NCBI GenBank assembly: GCA_018262835.1
Contig: JADFDP010000004.1
Span: 9,808 to 73,807 of the forward strand
Reading direction: 5' to 3'
Length of the DNA: 64,000 nucleotides
From: Candidatus Aminicenantes bacterium
GTDB lineage: Bacteria > Acidobacteriota > Aminicenantia > UBA2199
Shown: positions 19,442 to 27,844 of the stretch, piece after piece
Layout: each line of letters opens with the position of its first letter
Position numbering within the stretch: position 1 is the stretch's first letter
The notes under the pieces: generated by a model
What the model saw: the letters and a program-made list of their open reading frames with translations, nothing else
Databases searched by the model: none
What the model was told of the DNA's origin: nothing
Position numbers and translations under genes: made by a program

Positions 19442-19516
19442 CGGGGCGTAGCGCAGTCTGGTTAGCGTACACGCTTGGGGTGCGTGTGGTCGGTGGTTCG
19501 AATCCACTCGCCCCGA
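19442..19516 (+). tRNA. tRNA-Pro (anticodon GGG)
   Basis: Hand-folded cloverleaf. Acceptor CGGGGCG/CGCCCCG, anticodon stem CACGC/GCGTG, loop TTGGGGT, T-loop TTCGAAT. No encoded CCA. Confidence 0.9.
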
Positions 19517-19539
19517 CTTTATCAAGAAAACCCAACCAA

Positions 19540-20301
19540 ATGAAAACACTACTGTTGACCAACGACGATGGTTTCTATTCGCCGGGGATTTGCGCCTTAA
19601 AAACCGAACTGGGGAAAAAATACCGGGTCTGGATCGTGGCGCCGGACCGGGAAAAAAGCGCCATCAGCATGGCCCTGACCCTGAACCATCCCCTGCGCAT
19701 CACTCAAGTCGAAGACAGGATCTATGCCGTTAACGGCACAACCGCCGATTGCGTCAATATCGCGCTGCAGAAAATACTCCCCGACCGGCCCGATTTCATC
19801 GTTTCGGGGATGAATCTGGGTGAAAATCTCTCTGAAGATGTTTTTTTTTCCGGGACCGTTGGCGGGGCCTTCTCCGGCTACCTGTACGGCGTTCCCTCCC
19901 TGGCCGTTTCTTTGCTCGCCGGCCTGGGCCAGTACCATAAGCAGGAATTTGAATTCGCGCGCGGGGCGGAAATTACAGCCAAGGTTTTGAAAAAGCTCAT
20001 CGCTTTGGCCCACAACGGCATCATTTACAACCTGAACATCCCATTTCCAAACCGAGGCGAAATCGCGGCCACCACCTTGGGGAACAAACGCTACACTCCC
20101 GATATCATTGAAAGAACCGATCCGCGGGGCCGCAAGTATTATTGGATCGGAACCGGCACGCCCGCATACGCTGACCGCGAGGGAACCGATGTCTGGGCCG
20201 TGCAGAACGGCTTTATTTCCCTGAGTGCCATAAAATACGATCTGAATTCCCCTGAGGATCACACCCTTTTGCTCGAGGTGTTCAAGCAATTCAAGATCTA
20301 A
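19540..20301 (+). CDS. surE: 5'/3'-nucleotidase SurE
   Basis: ORF 19480..20301, trimmed (its 5' part overlaps the tRNA). MKTLLLTNDDGFYSPGI and GMNLGEN motifs. Confidence 0.92.
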   Translation: MKTLLLTNDDGFYSPGICALKTELGKKYRVWIVAPDREKSAISMALTLNHPLRITQVEDRIYAVNGTTADCVNIALQKILPDRPDFIVSGMNLGENLSEDVFFSGTVGGAFSGYLYGVPSLAVSLLAGLGQYHKQEFEFARGAEITAKVLKKLIALAHNGIIYNLNIPFPNRGEIAATTLGNKRYTPDIIERTDPRGRKYYWIGTGTPAYADREGTDVWAVQNGFISLSAIKYDLNSPEDHTLLLEVFKQFKI

Positions 20302-20376
20302 CCTTGTCGTGGATCCGCAATTTGACTCGCGTGCCCCTTGCGGCACATGAATGCGGACGAGCCGGAATAGAATGGG

Positions 20377-20592
20377 CTATGCGGACAATATTTTCCTGGC
20401 TTCTTCCAAAAAAGATTCGGGAACCATGATCTTTACCTTGCCCAAACCGTCCAGGGTGATACCGAAAATACGGCCAGCCGCTTCGTACTGCAGCAATACC
20501 GGTATTTGGTAGCTTTCCAGTTTCGCCTTGATGATGTCGGCTTCCATGCTGCCTTCCACGGCCAAGAGTTCCTTAAGATCGCTATCTTGCAT
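20377..20592 (-). CDS. DUF2007-like small protein (putative signal-transducing fold)
   Basis: 71 aa. The pattern ...EADIIKAKLESYQIPVLL... resembles the DUF2007 family. Confidence 0.55.
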   Translation of the reverse strand: MQDSDLKELLAVEGSMEADIIKAKLESYQIPVLLQYEAAGRIFGITLDGLGKVKIMVPESFLEEARKILSA

Positions 20593-20637
20593 CTTGCCTT
20601 CAGTCTGCTCTGCGAATGTGGGGGGGGTCGGTTACCT

Positions 20638-21519
20638 TTATTTGAGTTTTTCCCGGAAATAAATGAAAAAAACCTGCGCGCCAAGCTCGCGGTTATCCTT
20701 GCTGTTGGGTAATACTTTGGCCGGGATGAAAACCTTGTCGGTCTCGATCTTCAGGGAAAATTCATCACCATTGCCCATCATTTGCGGAGACACGGTATAT
20801 TCCCTGGAAAAATTCGCCTCGGCGGGGATGAATTCGTCGAGAAGCGCATCATTGATTTTAAAGATCATTTTCTGGTCCTGAAAGGCGGTCTTGTTCACTC
20901 CGCCCTTTATGATCAAGGTGCACTCTTTTTTGGGATTTTCAATGATGCAGACCGATTTGGCAGTGGTCCAGCGCCAGCTTTTGTCAAATTGATCCTTGGC
21001 GTTGACGTTGGTTTCGATTTCGTTCCAGCCTTCATCGTAGACGATCTCCGGAGCAACGATCGAGGCCGGTTGAATGTTGATCTTCTTTTCAAAAAGGACG
21101 ATGGGTTTTCCCTGAACTTTGGGATTGTACAGACCCACGGTCAGGCGCAGTTCTTCGTAGCCCTCAAAATCAACGTCGAACTCATTCAAAAATTGCGGGA
21201 TGAACAGAACCCGCGAATATTTAATCGTGTCATTGGCAACCCAGGCGGCGACCTTTTTCAGAGGGAAATGATCATCCTGCAGCAGCATTTCCTTGCTGTT
21301 CACCCGCCAGAAATGGACAAAGACGGAGTACTCGCCGGCAAATTTTTTAAATTCTTTGGCGGTTTTGAATTCATAATCCATTTTTAAGTACAGGGAGTCG
21401 GTGATGGTTTCCGGGGAGAGTTTGAGTTTCAGATCCACGCCTTGGCGATCGATTTTTTTGCTGCAAAAAACAGTTAAAAGCATTATTGATAAAATGACGA
21501 CGGCAAATTTTATTTTCAT
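20638..21519 (-). CDS. hypothetical lipoprotein
   Basis: N-terminus MKIKFAVVILSIMLLTVFCS (lipobox-like LTVFC). AGGAGG precedes the ATG. I recognise no family. Confidence 0.6.
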   Translation of the reverse strand: MKIKFAVVILSIMLLTVFCSKKIDRQGVDLKLKLSPETITDSLYLKMDYEFKTAKEFKKFAGEYSVFVHFWRVNSKEMLLQDDHFPLKKVAAWVANDTIKYSRVLFIPQFLNEFDVDFEGYEELRLTVGLYNPKVQGKPIVLFEKKINIQPASIVAPEIVYDEGWNEIETNVNAKDQFDKSWRWTTAKSVCIIENPKKECTLIIKGGVNKTAFQDQKMIFKINDALLDEFIPAEANFSREYTVSPQMMGNGDEFSLKIETDKVFIPAKVLPNSKDNRELGAQVFFIYFREKLK

Positions 21520-21656
21520 GGTGCCTCCTATGAGAAAAACTCAAATATAGCATATTCAGCCGGACAAAGCAAATGGGAATTGAAGGAACGCAAGCAAGGA
21601 GAGGCTTATGGAACCGCCCCTTGCCCGCGGGAAATTTTAGAAGAGAAACAACAAAA

Positions 21657-23576
21657 TTATTTTTTGTTCTTGCCTATGTCCTCGAATTCGGCATCAATGA
21701 CTTCCCCTTCGCTGGCGGCGGTATCAGCTTCGGGCGCTTTACCGGCATCGGGTCCCGGCTGGGGTTCTTTTTGGGCGCCGGCCGTTTTGTACATTTCGGT
21801 CGAGAGTTTGCCGGACAATTTATTGATATTCTCTATCTCGTCGAGGATCTTCTGGTTGTCCCCTTTTTCCACGGCTTCCCTGGCACGCTTGACCGCGCTT
21901 TCGACTTCGTTGACCATGTCCGCGGGGATCTTGTCCTTGTTTTCCTTCACCAGTTTTTCCAGTGCGTAGGACAATTGGTCGAGCTTGTTGCGGTTTTCAA
22001 TGGCCTCTTTCTTGCGCTGGTCGTCCTCACGGAATTTTTCGGCGTCTTTGACCATTTTGTCGATCTCTTTTTCATTCAGGCCACTCGATGAGGTAATGGT
22101 GATGGCCTGCTGCTTGGAGGTGGCCAGATCCTTGGCCGAAACGTTCAGGATGCCGTTGGCATCGATATCAAAGGTCACCTCGACCTGGGGAATCCCGCGC
22201 GGCGCCGGCGGCAGGCCGGTCAGGTGAAACTTGCCCAAGGTGCGGTTGTCGCGGGCCATCTCCCTTTCTCCCTGTAATACATGAATTTCCACGGTGGACT
22301 GGTTGTCTTCGGCAGTAGTGAATATGTCGGTTTTTTTGGTCGGGATGGTGGTATTGCGCTCGATCAATTTGTGCGAGATGCCGCCCAGGGTTTCAATGCC
22401 CAGGGAAAGCGGCGTGACGTCCAGCAGCAGGATATCCTTGGCTTCGCCTCCCAGGACCCCGCCCTGGACCGCGGCGCCGGCAGCAACCACTTCATCGGGA
22501 TTCACGCTTTTATTCCCTTCCTTGCCGAAAAACTTCTTGACCAGTTCCTGGATATAGGGCATGCGGGTCATGCCGCCGACCAGAATGACTTCCTTGATGT
22601 CATCCGTTTTCACGCCGGCATCCTTGATGGCCTGCTGACAAGGGGCGATGGACCGCTCAATGATATCTCCGACCAGCTGTTCCAGCTTGGATCGGCTCAG
22701 TTTCAGGACCAGATGCTTGGGGCCCGAAGCATCAGCGGTGACAAAAGGAAGGTTGATCTCGGTTTCCTGGGTCGTCGAGAGTTCGATCTTGGCCTTCTCA
22801 GCGGCTTCTTTGAGGCGCTGCAGGGCCATCTTGTCCTTGGCCAGGTCGATGCCCTGGTCTTTTTTGAATTCCTCGGCGATCCAGTCGATCAATTTCTGGT
22901 CAATGTTATCGCCGCCCAGATGGGTGTCGCCGTTGGTCGATTTCACTTCGACGATGTTTTCACCGATTTCCAGGATGGAAATATCGAAGGTGCCGCCGCC
23001 AAAATCGTAGACGGCGATCAGTTCATCCTTTTTCTTGTCCATGCCGTAGGCCAGGGCAGCGGCCGTGGGCTCGTTGATGATGCGTTTCACGTCAAGGCCG
23101 GCGATCTTGCCGGCATCCTTGGTCGCCTGGCGCTGGGCATCGTTGAAATAGGCCGGAACGGTGATGACCGCTTCGCTGACCTTTTCTCCTAGGTAATCCT
23201 CTGCCGCTTCCTTGAGCTTCTGCAAGATCAGGGCTGAAATTTCAGGTGGTGAATATTGCTTGCCTTCAATGCTGACACGGGCGTCGTCATTGGGCCCGCT
23301 GACCACCTTGAACGGGACCATTTTGATCTCGTCCCTGACCTCGGAGATGCGGCGACCCATGAAGCGCTTGATGGAATAGACCGTGTTTTCAGGGTTGGTG
23401 ATCGACTGGCGTTTGGCCACCTGGCCGACCAGCCGGCCGCCGTCCTTGGCAAAACCGACCACCGACGGGGTGGTCCGGCCACCCTCGGAATTGGTGATGA
23501 TCTTGATATCACCCTTTTCCATTATCGCCACAACCGAATTGGTAGTTCCCAAATCAATACCGATTATTTTTCCCAT
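21657..23576 (-). CDS. dnaK: molecular chaperone DnaK (Hsp70)
   Basis: [31 protein letters not shown]. Full length, 639 aa. No grpE or dnaJ is adjacent. Confidence 0.98.
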   Translation of the reverse strand: MGKIIGIDLGTTNSVVAIMEKGDIKIITNSEGGRTTPSVVGFAKDGGRLVGQVAKRQSITNPENTVYSIKRFMGRRISEVRDEIKMVPFKVVSGPNDDARVSIEGKQYSPPEISALILQKLKEAAEDYLGEKVSEAVITVPAYFNDAQRQATKDAGKIAGLDVKRIINEPTAAALAYGMDKKKDELIAVYDFGGGTFDISILEIGENIVEVKSTNGDTHLGGDNIDQKLIDWIAEEFKKDQGIDLAKDKMALQRLKEAAEKAKIELSTTQETEINLPFVTADASGPKHLVLKLSRSKLEQLVGDIIERSIAPCQQAIKDAGVKTDDIKEVILVGGMTRMPYIQELVKKFFGKEGNKSVNPDEVVAAGAAVQGGVLGGEAKDILLLDVTPLSLGIETLGGISHKLIERNTTIPTKKTDIFTTAEDNQSTVEIHVLQGEREMARDNRTLGKFHLTGLPPAPRGIPQVEVTFDIDANGILNVSAKDLATSKQQAITITSSSGLNEKEIDKMVKDAEKFREDDQRKKEAIENRNKLDQLSYALEKLVKENKDKIPADMVNEVESAVKRAREAVEKGDNQKILDEIENINKLSGKLSTEMYKTAGAQKEPQPGPDAGKAPEADTAASEGEVIDAEFEDIGKNKK

Positions 23577-23605
23577 GGTTCACTCCTTAATTTTTATTAT
23601 ACTTA

Positions 23606-23634
23606 AATATATTTCAAATTTTTCCGTTTGTCAA
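23606..23634 (-). promoter_or_regulatory. dnaK promoter TTGACA-17-TATATT
   Basis: The minus strand reads ttgaca-aacggaaaaatttgaaa-tatatt, followed by a leader with AAGGAG. No CIRCE element is seen. Confidence 0.5.
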
Positions 23635-23753
23635 CAATTTAATAATAGAAATATAAATATTAGTTGAGCGTATCGTTATCAACATTGAAATACAGTTACT
23701 TTGCGCCATAAATCACCCATGAACAACCAGAAATAAAAACCGGTTATGGAAAA

Positions 23754-25517
23754 CTACTTTCCCTCAACCGCAAAAACAAAAGTATTGTCGGCGACCTTTT
23801 TCAGCAATTGCCCGGTGTTCCCCCGGGGCAGGAGCCAACAAACCGCATATTTCCCTTTGAAATACTTCATGGTCCGGCGGATGGCCTTCTCCAGGTCGAA
23901 TTCCCGATTCACCACGACATTGACCACAAGCAACAGCCAATTTACCGAATAATGGCTGATGTTCGAGCCGCCCTTGAGCAGCTGCACGACCGATGGTCCC
24001 GCCGTTTTTTTCTTGGCGTGGCCGAAATCGGGGGCGTCAGCCTTGCCGATGATCTTCAGGCCGGTCATCTTGGGGAACTCGACTCCAGCCCAGCGGGCTA
24101 CGGTTGGAGAGGACGCGATCTTGTCATATTCGCAATTGTAGATGTCCATGACCAGCTCGAACTCTTCCGACCCCTTTTCTTTAAAAAAGGGGAAAGCGCG
24201 AGAAAAGACCATGGCACTGTCTACCAGGCGCGGCTGGAAAACCGGCGAAGTCCTGCTTCCAACGCGGTTGTATTCGAAGATGCGGGTATTTCTCCTTATC
24301 TTTTTTATGTCAGCGAATGAGCCGCGCGGCAAGTGCCAGCAGCGAGCCTTTCCGGACTTGAAAAAATCAACCGAAGTCCTGATGGCGTCTTCTACCGGCA
24401 AAGCGGCGCAGGTAAAGCAATTCAGCGCCGCCATCCGACCGTAACGCCGGTAGTTGATGGCGCTGGTCTCCACATACTGCACCAGGGTGCTCCCGTCCCC
24501 CAGTTTGGCGTCGGCGTAGATCGGCTTGCCGAAGGCCTTCATCTTGATGGCCTCGCAGGTCCGGGTAGCCCAATCGGCCACCTGGGCGGCGCCGGGCGCG
24601 CTGCCCGCGGGCAGATCAATATCCATAACGATCTCCTCGCCGTATTTATCGGTCTCCAGGCGTTTCTGGAATTCGGGATATGGGACGGCGGAGATGCGCG
24701 GCGAATACCAGGCGGTCTTGAAGCCGGCCTTTTTATAGGCCCTCAGGGCATTGCGTTCGGAGTTATTGAACACCCCCCTGCCCTTGGACCCGGCGGTCAG
24801 GCTGAACGGGCCGCCCATATAACTCACATTGGCGAATTGCACCACCCGCACGTCGTCGAAGGAACGTTCGATCTGCCGCCAGCTGCCGGGGGCCTCGAAG
24901 GGCTGCAGGATCAACGCCCCGGTCTGGTGGATGGTGATGCCGCCGTCGGTAAGGGCGTCATAGACGCTCTGGTAAAAATCGGTGTTGAACAGGCTCTGGG
25001 CCGGCCCGATAGGGTCGGTGGAGTCAATAACGATGACATCGCACTTGCCCTTCATCTGGCGGATCACTTCGGCGCCGTCACCGATGATGAGCTTGAAGCG
25101 CGGATCCTCGTATACGCCTGCGCATACCGACGGCATGTGCTGACGGGTAAGGTCGCAGACCCTGCGGTCGATCTCCACCATGGTCACCCGCTTTACCGTC
25201 TTGTGCCGCAGCACTTCGCGGGCCACGCCGCAATCGCCGCCGCCGATGATCAGCACGTGCTGCGCCGGCTTGCGCAGCGAGAAAAGCGGCCAATGGGCGA
25301 TCCATTCATGATAAATTCCCTCATCCTCTTCTGTCAACTGCACGATCCCGTCCAGGATCAGCACGCGCCCGAAGCGGTCAGTTTCCAGAATCATCAATTT
25401 TTGAAAGCCGGTGTCGGTTTCCGGCACGATCACCTTGGACACCTTGAAACCGTAAGTGGCATCCGTATAAAGATCCTCAAAGAACCAGAGGTCCTTGCCT
25501 TTTTTCACTAATCCCAT
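23754..25517 (-). CDS. speE: fusion protein: spermidine synthase (aminopropyltransferase) domain + two tandem S-adenosylmethionine-decarboxylase-fold domains
   Basis: N-terminal ~290 aa: WFFE...LILDGIVQLTEEDEGIYHEW, IIGGGDCGVAREVL, VEIDRRV, DVIVIDSTDPIGPAQSLF (SpeE motifs). Residues ~300-415 and ~455-570 each align to class-1 SpeD/SpeH (VQYVETSAINY...NCFTCA...CWHLPRG and VVQLLKGGSNISHY...CWLLPRG). Confidence 0.85.
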   Translation of the reverse strand: MGLVKKGKDLWFFEDLYTDATYGFKVSKVIVPETDTGFQKLMILETDRFGRVLILDGIVQLTEEDEGIYHEWIAHWPLFSLRKPAQHVLIIGGGDCGVAREVLRHKTVKRVTMVEIDRRVCDLTRQHMPSVCAGVYEDPRFKLIIGDGAEVIRQMKGKCDVIVIDSTDPIGPAQSLFNTDFYQSVYDALTDGGITIHQTGALILQPFEAPGSWRQIERSFDDVRVVQFANVSYMGGPFSLTAGSKGRGVFNNSERNALRAYKKAGFKTAWYSPRISAVPYPEFQKRLETDKYGEEIVMDIDLPAGSAPGAAQVADWATRTCEAIKMKAFGKPIYADAKLGDGSTLVQYVETSAINYRRYGRMAALNCFTCAALPVEDAIRTSVDFFKSGKARCWHLPRGSFADIKKIRRNTRIFEYNRVGSRTSPVFQPRLVDSAMVFSRAFPFFKEKGSEEFELVMDIYNCEYDKIASSPTVARWAGVEFPKMTGLKIIGKADAPDFGHAKKKTAGPSVVQLLKGGSNISHYSVNWLLLVVNVVVNREFDLEKAIRRTMKYFKGKYAVCWLLPRGNTGQLLKKVADNTFVFAVEGK

Positions 25518-25553
25518 CGGATTTTTCTCCTTTTTCCCGGAAGGGGACAGCCT

Positions 25554-25582
25554 ATTGTAATGGAAAATAGCCTATTTTTCAA
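25554..25582 (-). promoter_or_regulatory. promoter TTGAAA-17-TACAAT of the speE-fusion gene with a palindrome in the spacer
   Basis: Minus-strand hexamers at 25582-25577 and 25559-25554. The palindrome AAAATAG-C-CTATTTT is at 25564-25578. AAGGAG precedes ATG 25517. Confidence 0.5.
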
Positions 25583-25690
25583 CAGAATGGAGGTTGAAGA
25601 ATTAAAGAGTTGAAGGGTTGAGCGCAAAGGCAGCCATCGTTCGAACTAATGCCATTCACTCATCAACTCCAGAACTCGTCAACTCTTCAA

Positions 25691-27718
25691 CTAATGCTTG
25701 CCAGGATAGCTGCGCTCGACCAGGTCGTCGACCAGCTTGTCGTCGGCCAGGTGGGGCAGGGTGATATGGCCGCGCTCCGGGTTCTGGACATTCCAGGCAG
25801 CGGCTGTTTCCATGGCATTCTCGTTGCGCGCCCAGGCGCGGCGGGCGATGCCGTTCATCACGTCCCACTCCATGGCCGAACGGATGATGCGGTCCTTGCC
25901 ATCGCTGCCGTCCAGAACCAGGCCGAATCCGCCGTTGAACGCTTTGCCGATGCCCACGCCGCCGCCGTTGGAAAGCACGACCATGGACATGCCGCGGGCG
26001 GCGTCACCGGCGAAATTGTGCACGGCCATGTCGGCGGTGACGTTGCTCCCGTCGCGGATATTGGCCGTTTCCCGGAAAGGGGAATCGGTGCCGGAAACAT
26101 CATGGTGGTCTCGGCCCAGCATGACCGGCCCGATGATGCCTTGGCGCACCAGTTCGTTGAATTTCAAGGCGATTTTCACCCGCCCCCCGGCATCGGCGTA
26201 GAGGATGCGCGCCTGGGTGCCGACCACCAATTTGTTTTTGCCGGCATTCCTGATCCATTCAAAATTGTCGCGGTCCATGGACCGTCGGTCCGGATCCAGG
26301 CACTCCATGGCTGCCAGATCGGTCCTGGCCAGATCGCCGGCCTTGCCGCTCAAGCATACCCAGCGAAAAGGACCGTAGCCGTAATCGAAACACAATGGTC
26401 CCATGATATGCTCGACATAACTGGGAAAAACAAAACCGTCGCTCTCGTCCCGGCCGTTGGCCGCGATGTCGATGGCGCCGGCATCAAAGACCGCCTTCAA
26501 AAAGGAATTGCCGTAATCCCAGAATCGGGTCCCTCTGGCGGCCATTTTTTGGATCAGGCGGAATTGTCGGACCAGCGATTCATCGACTTTTCCCCGGAAC
26601 GACTCGGGCTTTTCCCGCAGCAATCGCCGCCCCTCATCGAAAGTGACTCCGGCCGGCGTGTAGCCGCCGCCGTAGGCATCGTGGCATGATGTCTGGTCCG
26701 AGGCCAATTCGATGGGAATGCCATGGCGCAGCACGTATTCCCAAAGATCCACGACATTGCCGTGATAGGCGATTGATACGGGCTTTTTCGTTTTGCGGTA
26801 TTCATCCAGCCAGCGGGCGATCTCGTCGAGGTCTGAAGAAATTTTCGACACCCAGCCCTGCTTGTGCCGGGTGTCGATGCGCGAATAGTCGACTTCGGCC
26901 AGCACGCCGATACCGCCGGCGATCTCCACGGCCTTGGCCTGGGCACCGCTCATGCCGCCCAGCCCGGAGCTCATATAGACCACTCCGGCCAGGTCCTTTT
27001 GGGCGGGAATCCCCAGATACATGCGCCCGGCATTGAGCAGGGTCAGGTAGGTGCCGTGCACGATGCCCTGCGGGCCGATATACATCCAGCCGCCGGCCGT
27101 CATCTGGCCGTAATTGGAAACCCCCATGGCCGCGGCCTGGGTGAAACCGGCCAGGTTGTCGTACATGCCCACCAGCATGCCGTTGGTGGAGATGACGCGC
27201 GGCGCGTCGGGGCGGGACTCGAAGAGGCCGAGCGGGTGTCCCGAATAGACCACCAGGGTCTGCCGGTCGGTCATTTCCTGCAGGTACAGCTTCACCAGAT
27301 TGTATTGCATCCAGTTCTGGAAGACCTGGCCGCTCTCGCCATAGGTCACCAGCTCATAGGGATACAGGGCCACGTCGAAATCCAGGTTGTTGTCGATCAT
27401 CACCTGGAAAGCCCGCGCCTCAAGGATTTTCCCGGGATAGGCATCCACCGCCTTGGCCTTCAGGGAGCCCTCGGGCCGGTAGCGATATCCGTAGATCCGC
27501 CCGCGGTGGAGCAGCTCATCCATGAACTCGGGCGCGATCTCCTTATGGAGCGGAGCGGGAATATAGCGCAGCGCATTTTTCAGTGCGGTTTTGGCCTGAG
27601 CGGCGACCAGGGATAATCCCCGGTCCGGAGCGCGGCGGATGCCGGCGACAAAATCCTTCTTGCTTGGCAATTCTTCGGGCAAAGCAAGGCGCCGGGCCTT
27701 GTTCAGATTCAGCGTCAT
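25691..27718 (-). CDS. hutU: urocanate hydratase (long form)
   Basis: ORF 25691..27781, trimmed to MTLNLNK (GGAGGT lies 8 nt upstream). YPYELVTYGESGQVFQNW and the NAD site SSGLGGMSGAQAKA are present. Confidence 0.9.
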   Translation of the reverse strand: MTLNLNKARRLALPEELPSKKDFVAGIRRAPDRGLSLVAAQAKTALKNALRYIPAPLHKEIAPEFMDELLHRGRIYGYRYRPEGSLKAKAVDAYPGKILEARAFQVMIDNNLDFDVALYPYELVTYGESGQVFQNWMQYNLVKLYLQEMTDRQTLVVYSGHPLGLFESRPDAPRVISTNGMLVGMYDNLAGFTQAAAMGVSNYGQMTAGGWMYIGPQGIVHGTYLTLLNAGRMYLGIPAQKDLAGVVYMSSGLGGMSGAQAKAVEIAGGIGVLAEVDYSRIDTRHKQGWVSKISSDLDEIARWLDEYRKTKKPVSIAYHGNVVDLWEYVLRHGIPIELASDQTSCHDAYGGGYTPAGVTFDEGRRLLREKPESFRGKVDESLVRQFRLIQKMAARGTRFWDYGNSFLKAVFDAGAIDIAANGRDESDGFVFPSYVEHIMGPLCFDYGYGPFRWVCLSGKAGDLARTDLAAMECLDPDRRSMDRDNFEWIRNAGKNKLVVGTQARILYADAGGRVKIALKFNELVRQGIIGPVMLGRDHHDVSGTDSPFRETANIRDGSNVTADMAVHNFAGDAARGMSMVVLSNGGGVGIGKAFNGGFGLVLDGSDGKDRIIRSAMEWDVMNGIARRAWARNENAMETAAAWNVQNPERGHITLPHLADDKLVDDLVERSYPGKH

Positions 27719-27739
27719 GGGGAAGTTACCTCCAAAAAC

Positions 27740-27768
27740 TTTATATGCCATCGCCACCAGGTTGTCAA
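27740..27768 (-). promoter_or_regulatory. hutU promoter TTGACA-17-TATAAA
   Basis: The minus strand reads ttgaca-acctggtggcgatggca-tataaa, followed by a leader with GGAGG. Confidence 0.5.
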
Positions 27769-27802
27769 GCCGCGGCCACATGGGAAGGATTGTGATTTTT
27801 GG

Positions 27803-27831
27803 TTGACAAAACGGCCATAATATTGTATGAT
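27803..27831 (+). promoter_or_regulatory. ispH promoter TTGACA-17-TATGAT, ATG 13 nt after the -10 (no SD)
   Basis: Hexamers at 27803-27808 and 27826-27831. Confidence 0.5.
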
Positions 27832-27844
27832 TGGGATCTGATTC

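Noticed and set aside
20325-20350. GTGCC...GGCAC hairpin between the convergent surE and DUF2007 genes as a bidirectional terminator
   Set aside because: It has only a 5-bp stem and no flanking U/A tracts, so it cannot be supported as a terminator.
23577-23753. Heat-shock operators (CIRCE TTAGCACTC-N9-GAGTGCTAA or HAIR) upstream of dnaK
   Set aside because: Neither consensus is present. Only a short GTTGA-N11-TCAAC inverted repeat (23663-23683) is seen, and on its own it is too short to be significant.
24333-26689. Long plus-strand ORFs (24333..25511, 25649..26689, 26864..27616) opposite the speE-fusion and hutU genes
   Set aside because: They are antisense to genes with strong motif support. 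The translations are Gly/Ala/Asp/His-rich and low in complexity.
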